DNA of 32,023 nucleotides from Eledone cirrhosa (lineage: Eukaryota), in NCBI GenBank assembly GCA_964016885.1, contig CAXHJY010001440.1, positions 1 through 32,023 on the forward strand, written 5' to 3'. Position numbers and translations under genes: made by a program. The notes under the pieces are model-generated. The model saw only the letters and a list, made by a program, of their open reading frames with translations. It had not been told where the DNA came from and ran no database searches. Of the stretch, positions 24,812 to 32,023 are shown one piece after another. Numbering within the stretch: position 1 is the first letter of the stretch; every line of letters starts with the position of its first letter.

Positions 24812-25733
24812 TTGAGTGAACGAAATGAAGCAGGTGGGTTCGAATCTCAATAAGCCTTTTCATTTTACATACTTTGTCTATCAACAATTTTGTTATCTAC
24901 ATGAAGATATCTACGAAATTCTTTCTATCGATAGAAATACATCTTTAATGGTGACGTAAGCATTCTTTATGAATAACAAGGGACCTTTTCATTACAATAT
25001 TAAAATATATTATGGAACATTTATTAGATAAATATATTCAGTGTAAGAACACTTGATCAATATATTTCTTTACAGATGCTTCTTTTCAAAGAGAACCCTA
25101 AACCTATCCTAAACGTTATCCATGTAATTTCTGTTAGAAGGAAGACTGTTTGGTATCATGTATCATGGCGGTTTTGAACGCTGGTCGTCTGAATTGTTTG
25201 CATGTTTGCTTTATAGATAGAATAAATATGAATACAGCAGTAAATGTCCGGGGTACACATCGAATATAGCTGCTTTTCATCATCATTCTTAGCTTTTATT
25301 CTTGGCTGGAATGAATACTGTAAGTTATAAGTGCTTTCAAAAGAAAACTTTTGTCAACTTCTTTATGCTTATATTCTAGGTTATATTAATTGCTCTTAAA
25401 TACTTGAGTTTCGTGAAATCCTGAAAGCCATATAGGAAATATTAACACAATGCAATCATTAATGATATAAAAATTATTGCAAGGAAATATTTGTTGAGGA
25501 AAACGTAATGTATATGTATGTGTGTACATCTCTTTATATTTCTTAGATGAAAGGATATTGTTGTGTGAAAATATGACAAGCTATTCATTTTCATTGTTAT
25601 TAGACATAAAGAGAATGATAACAAAACACGTTTGTGCAGCGATATACATACACACAATATATATACATATATATATATATATACACATATATATATGCGT
25701 ACAATATATATAAATATATATACACACACACAC

Positions 25734-25780
<47 letters not shown>

Positions 25781-26651
25781 GCATATATACACATGTATAT
25801 ATAAAACAAACGCAACGCAAACAGTGCTCCATCGGATGAAAACTATCGTAAGCTTTACGACAACTTACATATGAAAACAGAATGACTTCTCGTTATTCAA
25901 ATTATAAAACCCGCGCATGAAATAACATTGCCAAAAATTTTCTTTGCACACAAAGAGAAGAAAACGGTATAGTATTTTCTAGAATATATCTTCCACTTGT
26001 CGAATACACAAAACGAGCAGAAATGTTCCCAAAGGTACATTATTTCTTCGACGTAGCAGATAACGAAAGTGTCATTGCAAATGATGCTCCATAAGTAATG
26101 GCATGAAAACTTTCCTGGCAGACAGAAGAAATTCTTTGAAGTGATAATAAGACCAACATAAAAATTTGGTCTCGCTTATGTTGAGAAAAATATCCATTTT
26201 TACGAACTATTGTCCTTTATACAAAAGAAAAATCTATCATCTTTGCAGTATTTTATAGCTCTAATTTAGGCCTTGAGCGAAATCAGTGTTCTGAAGGAAA
26301 AATATGGAAGTTGAAAAAGCAATCATATTTTGTTGCATTTTAGTCCCTTGGTGGGAGTTTATTTTGTGAAGAAACTTCTTAAGAAAAGGTTGGCCAAACT
26401 GATTAGGCTTAGAGGTAAAGCGTCGTCTTTTCACAGGCAAATCTTCTGATCCTTCTTCTGCTGTTATCCAACCGTAATATTTATTGCTCAAATCGTTTGA
26501 ATAGACACGTCAAGTAGTAAAGAGCAGCTGGTAGGAACTAGTTATAATAGACACCTATGCGGTTCTATCGCAGAATAGACTGTAAAACTTGATTCATGGA
26601 GTAGAACAGAGGCGAATCTTCGTTCGTTTATTGCCCCATTCCATCCCACCA

Positions 26652-26727
<76 letters not shown>

Positions 26728-26838
26728 ATGCAAGCCTAAGAGTTGTTTATGAACATGCTATAGTATATATATATATAAATAAAAATATATATATATATAT
26801 GTATATATCTATGAATGCAATATACATGTATGTATACA

Positions 26839-26898
<60 letters not shown>

Positions 26899-27426
26899 TC
26901 TATATAAATATATATATATATATATATATGTGTATGTATGTATATATATATATATTAATATATGAGTGCGTATGTACATGGACATGTGTGTGAGTATATG
27001 TGCATGTGTCTGTGTGTATATGTATATATATGTATGCATGTATGATTGCATGTTGGTATGTATGTATATATTGCCATAGAAATGAGGTTAATTCAACCGT
27101 ATTTTATTTCATCAGAGTAAAAGCAATTGGTCGTAATACTTTGTTATATATATTGCAGTGATGTTGGGAAATTGTAAAGAAACAGGTTTCAACAGAATAG
27201 ACATCTAATGTTGTTCCTCATAGGTGAGAATTAGTTGAGCCACGGCTTCACTATAATGGTTATTGAAGTGTATAGAACACTTATCCTTAACAGCTACACA
27301 ATGGCCAGAGGTGCTGATGTGAAAATATTCTTATATACAAAGGAACTAATCACAGCCAAGCTGGAGAGATATATCATGCTAGGCAATAATTAAAAAAAAA
27401 AAGAAATATATCCACACACATATGTG

Positions 27427-27586
<160 letters not shown>

Positions 27587-27765
27587 TATATATATATATT
27601 CATACATATATATGTGTGTGTGTTTGTGTCTCTGGATGGGTGTGAGTAGGTGTGTGCGGACGGTTCTACACCAATGGTTATATAAAACAAAAGAACTGTT
27701 ACGTAATTGTATACTCATTGCATTTTTATTGTCTTAGGCATGTACGGATGCATTATATACACAGT

Positions 27766-27801
<36 letters not shown>

Positions 27802-28103
27802 ATATATAATATATATATGTTGTTATACTTTGAGAGGGTTATGCTGCCAATAAAGATACAAGCACCTGTTGGTTTTCACTTCAATTTATTGGTTTGATAA
27901 TCGGATGGTTGTTTATATTGTCAAAGCTCTTTCGTCACACATTATTTGACAACCTCAGTAACTAGGATTTTATTGTGTGCCTCTCCTTTCTTCTATCCTA
28001 CACTATCTTGTTTTTGACGCAAAATTATACGCATACACGAATATATGCACATATGTATATAAATATTTATACATACACACACAGATATATATATAGGTAT
28101 ATG

Positions 28104-28197
<94 letters not shown>

Positions 28198-28299
28198 GTG
28201 ATTGTGTGTGTATGTGTGTTATTTACATGCATACCGCAAAACTTACGTTCAAACGCACATTTATACGGATATATATATCCCCCTTTTTTCTAAATGTCT

Positions 28300-28456
28300 C
28301 TCCACCACTCCCCCACGCACCCTCGGAACTCTCTTCCCACGCATTCTTCTCCTGAAGAAGGGCTTATGCCCGAAACGTCACCCCTCACTCTCAAAAGCGT
28401 GAAACTGATAAACCTTTGTTTGTACTGCCTCTCTGTTTTTGTTCCCGTCCCAGTTT

Positions 28457-28460
<4 letters not shown>
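28300..28460 (+). mobile_element. PLE pLTR-like 3' fragment (hammerhead + tail) abutting (TA)n
   Basis: Pyrimidine-rich leader, hammerhead motif, then an ~80-nt tail similar to the 1901-2015 copy, followed directly by (TA)n at 28461. Confidence 0.6.
28352..28379 (+). ncRNA. Minimal hammerhead motif of PLE type
   Basis: CTGAAGA-A-GGGC-ttat-GCCC-GAAA-CGTC: perfect 4-bp stem II, palindromic ACGT helix III, GUC triplet. No stem I pairing is seen. Confidence 0.6.
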
Positions 28461-28500
<40 letters not shown>

Positions 28501-28898
28501 CACATATATATATACAGAATACGAAGCTCATAATTAGCACACATAACATATACCCACCTGTTTCATACACAAACGTATACAATATGTACAACATATAATT
28601 TATATTCAACATACTCTTTTACTCTTTACACATAACATATACATTATAGACAACATATATTTTATATACACCATACACATTATATACCACATACACATTA
28701 TATACAACATATACATCATATAAATCGTATACTTTTTCATATCTTTGAAAATATCCCATTTTCAATTTTAATCTTTGCCATTTATTAAAATCGGTTTTCC
28801 TTCTGGTACGCGATATTGCCTGACATTTTCTCTAACCAAAAGTACAATTGACACTCCTTGTTCACACATTGTTCAAACTCACCCCCACCCTCTTTCTC

Positions 28899-28969
<71 letters not shown>

Positions 28970-29065
28970 ATGTATTCTATATATTATATAGAATGTATTT
29001 ATATATATATAAATATATATATATATATAATTATATATATAATTATATATATATATATATATATA

Positions 29066-29217
<152 letters not shown>

Positions 29218-29219
29218 TA

Positions 29220-29294
<75 letters not shown>

Positions 29295-29435
29295 AGTGTA
29301 ATTTTCTACACAAAACGAAGGTTATAGAGAAAATTGAGGTTGGTAATGGCACATGGAATATATAAGAGACAGAATACTTTTTTGTGAAAAAACATAATTT
29401 TATAAGGTAAGGAAATAATAAAGGGTATAAAAAAT

Positions 29436-29473
29436 GACCGGTTTCGATGGGTCTGCAAAAGCCATCTTTTCAA
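29436..29473 (-). ncRNA. Minimal type I hammerhead ribozyme motif, U3:A8 core variant
   Basis: Minus strand reads TTGAAAA-GATGG-cttttgcagac-CCATC-GAAA-CCGG-TC: 5-bp stem II, palindromic helix III (ACCGGT), GUC triplet. Stem I is weak (2 bp). Confidence 0.65.
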
Positions 29474-29828
29474 ATGTTGATTAATATTAAGAAAAATTAA
29501 TAATACGAAGAGTTAAAATTTGAGACTTGAAAATTCAAGTATAAAATTCATTGTGGGATTTCATAGCAGTTTTCATCTAGGTAGCAACAACAAGTTGACT
29601 GCTGTGTCCCTTTCTGGTAGTGAATGAGAAGTTATTTGGGGTGTGGGTTATTTTATAAAGGTCAGATTTAGCAATAGCCAGCTGCTGGTCAGTGAGGGGG
29701 TGGAAGCAATATACACACACATATATCTTCCTATGATGGGTAGGAGAGTGGAGCGTGATAGAAAAGGATTTAGTGCACTTACACCTATATATACACACAT
29801 ACCTTCATCCACACATACATACATATAC

Positions 29829-29865
<37 letters not shown>

Positions 29866-29934
29866 CACACATACATACACACACACATACATATACATAC
29901 ACACATACACACACACACACATACATATACACAT

Positions 29935-29985
<51 letters not shown>

Positions 29986-30524
29986 TATATATACATACAC
30001 ATACATCCAGATACACACATACATACACACACACACACACACACATATATATACACACATACACACACATATATATACACACACACACACACATGCATAT
30101 ATATATATATATATATACACATACGCATACATCCAGATACCCACATACATACACACACACACACACACACACGCACACACAATACATACATCCACATGCA
30201 CACACATACTCACACACACACACACACACATACATACACCCACACACAGAGAAATGGCCTTCAAATATATATATATATATATATATACATACAGACACAT
30301 ATATTTTTTCCATAATATAAGAAGTTGGGGCAGTGAAATTAAAATAATTCTGTGTGCGCATATATATATAGATATATGTGTGTGCACGTGCAGGGTTTAA
30401 CATGGATGTGTTGGTCACACAAAGGCATGGTCTGTCAATGAATAAACCTGATTCTACAGAATTGGTCTCTGGTCTTTAATAGTAGTGATTCCGTGCGTAT
30501 GTGTGTTTATATTTTATGACAATT

Positions 30525-32021
30525 CTATTGGGGTGATAACCCGTTTAGTTTTGGTTTAAATTTGTTAAGGAATAGATTTTCTTTGTTTATTCTTTGTTGT
30601 TGTGTGAACGAATCTGAGCACTTGTAGAAGGGGAAGATTTTAAAGTTGGGTAGTGTCATTCCTGCGCAGTTCGCAATATGGCTGCTCAAGGGGATTTTTC
30701 TTGTGTTAGCGTCCCGGATTTGTTGGCGGTGGATGGTCATTCTTTTGCGTAATGAGGTGCCCGTCTGTCCTATGTAGTTGTGTTTGCACCCACCGCAAGT
30801 TATTGCGTAAATCAAGTTCTCCGAGTTCTCCGAGTTGCAGGTGAAATTGTTTACTGTAAATGTTTGGCCATCTTTGAATGTAAATGTTTGTCCTTCAGTG
30901 AGGTAGAGGCACGTTCCACAGTTTGTTCTACCACATTTGGTAACTGTAGGGTTGAGGATTGGTTTGGGTATATTTGGTCCAGTGAGAATGCGTTTAAGTG
31001 ATTTGGGTTGTCTTTTACTTTTAAGGATCTTGTGTGTTTCAAGAATAGACTTCATTTTTACATCTTTAAGTAGGATGGGGAGGTTTTTGTGTAGGTGATC
31101 AAACATTTCGGTATTTCTGGGGTTGAAAGTGGATACATATGGCAGGGTGTTGAGTGTGGTTTTCTGTTTTGGATTGTTAAGTTGATGGGGATTTAGGTGT
31201 TTTGCCCTGTCTATTCCATTGTTGATTATTTCAAGTGGAAAGGCTCTTAAGATAAGGGTGTCTTTTAGTTCCTTTAGTCTTTGCTCCCGTTTAGGTGGAT
31301 CTGATACTATGGTACATATACGTTTGGCCAAATTGTAAGGAATGTTAAGTTTTGTATGTTTTGGGTGACTTGATGTGAAAAAGAGGTATTGCTTGGAATC
31401 TGTGGGTTTATAGAATATATCTGTATCTAATTTCCCGTCTATTACAGAGATGAGAATATCCAAGAAGGCTAATTCCTTAGGATTGGATTCCATTGTGAAT
31501 TGTATGTTATTATCTATGTTGTTTATCATGTTTTTAAACGTAGTAAGTGAGTTCATGTCTTCTTGCCATAGGATAAAGCAGTCGTCTAGATATCTTTTCC
31601 AATTGGCTTTGAGGTGTGTGTGGAAAGAGTCTCCAAATAAGAGAAGGGACTGACTGTATATTTGTTGTTCATGGAATCCCATGACTAGGTTGGCATATGT
31701 GGGTGCTACTTTCGTGCCCATTGCCGTACCTGATACTTGTCTGTATGTTGAACCATTGAATGTGAAGTAGTTATTTTGTAGGATAAAGCGGAGTCCGTCA
31801 GTGATAAAATCTGTGTTGATGCGTGTCGGTATTTCTGATGGGTGTGTGTTAAGCCAGTATTGGACTGCTGTTATTCCATAGTTGTGAGGTATGTTTGTGT
31901 AGAGGTTTATTACGTCAAAGGAGACAAGAATTGTATTTGCACTTACTGTTTTAGGGAGGTGTTTCAGCATGTCAAGGTCATCTCGTATGTAGCTCTGTAT
32001 ATGTTGTAGAAAGGGTTTCAG
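30525..32021 (-). CDS. Penelope-like element polyprotein, C-terminal part: reverse transcriptase + Cys linker + GIY-YIG endonuclease (5' truncated by window edge)
   Basis: The frame is open from the window edge (LKPFLQHIQSYIRDDLD-MLKHLP...) to the stop at 30525. RT motifs: LVSFDVINLYTNIP, YRQVSGTAMGTKVAPTYANLVM, WKRYLDDCF, LAFLDILI. Thumb: DIFYKPTDSKQYLFFTSSHP. Linker: KCGRTNCGTC. GIY-YIG: LIYAITCGGCKHNYIGQT...RKRMTIH...KE...LN. RT followed by a C-terminal GIY-YIG domain is diagnostic of PLEs. Confidence 0.96.
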   Translation of the reverse strand: MKPFLQHIQSYIRDDLDMLKHLPKTVSANTILVSFDVINLYTNIPHNYGITAVQYWLNTHPSEIPTRINTDFITDGLRFILQNNYFTFNGSTYRQVSGTAMGTKVAPTYANLVMGFHEQQIYSQSLLLFGDSFHTHLKANWKRYLDDCFILWQEDMNSLTTFKNMINNIDNNIQFTMESNPKELAFLDILISVIDGKLDTDIFYKPTDSKQYLFFTSSHPKHTKLNIPYNLAKRICTIVSDPPKREQRLKELKDTLILRAFPLEIINNGIDRAKHLNPHQLNNPKQKTTLNTLPYVSTFNPRNTEMFDHLHKNLPILLKDVKMKSILETHKILKSKRQPKSLKRILTGPNIPKPILNPTVTKCGRTNCGTCLYLTEGQTFTFKDGQTFTVNNFTCNSENSENLIYAITCGGCKHNYIGQTGTSLRKRMTIHRQQIRDANTRKIPLSSHIANCAGMTLPNFKIFPFYKCSDSFTQQQRINKENLFLNKFKPKLNGLSPQ

Positions 32022-32023
32022 TA

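Larger units (their letters stand above)
29291..32023 (-). mobile_element. Penelope-like retroelement (probably Neptune clade) including 3' UTR/pLTR region with hammerhead motif, ending at a (TA)n tract
   Basis: PLE ORF, then ~1 kb containing a CA/TA microsatellite, a hammerhead-like motif at 29436-29473 on the same strand, and a ~145-nt tail abutting (TA)n at 29290. The 3' boundary is inferred. The clade call rests on the Cys-rich linker before the endonuclease. Confidence 0.75.

Noticed and set aside
30780-31653. Short ORFs overlapping the PLE ORF
   Set aside because: Antisense or alternate-frame shadows of the real RT-endonuclease frame.

Overview
This is a eukaryotic, very AT-rich, microsatellite-saturated non-coding window. 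The repeat content resembles cephalopod (Octopus-like) DNA, which is an inference from the SINE families and repeat density. No host protein-coding exon is recognisable, and nearly all ORFs in the track are translations of (TA)n, (CA)n, (CT)n, (TTC)n or (GAT)n repeats. The only real ORF is the C-terminal ~498 codons of an uninterrupted Penelope-like retroelement (RT plus GIY-YIG endonuclease, Neptune-type Cys linker) on the minus strand, running off the right edge. Other content: about 15 copies of a tRNA-derived SINE (six in tandem), a second CORE-like SINE family, an RTE-type LINE 3' fragment, MITE remnants and a 25 x 45-bp minisatellite. The most interesting signal is a set of hammerhead-ribozyme motifs (13134-13192, 29436-29473, 28352-28379, 1981-2011, 4688-4719) and fold-back palindromic inserts, most of which abut or sit inside (TA)n tracts. 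This suggests a PLE-driven, microsatellite-targeting family of small ribozyme/hairpin retroelements. All structures were read by eye and none has been computationally verified.
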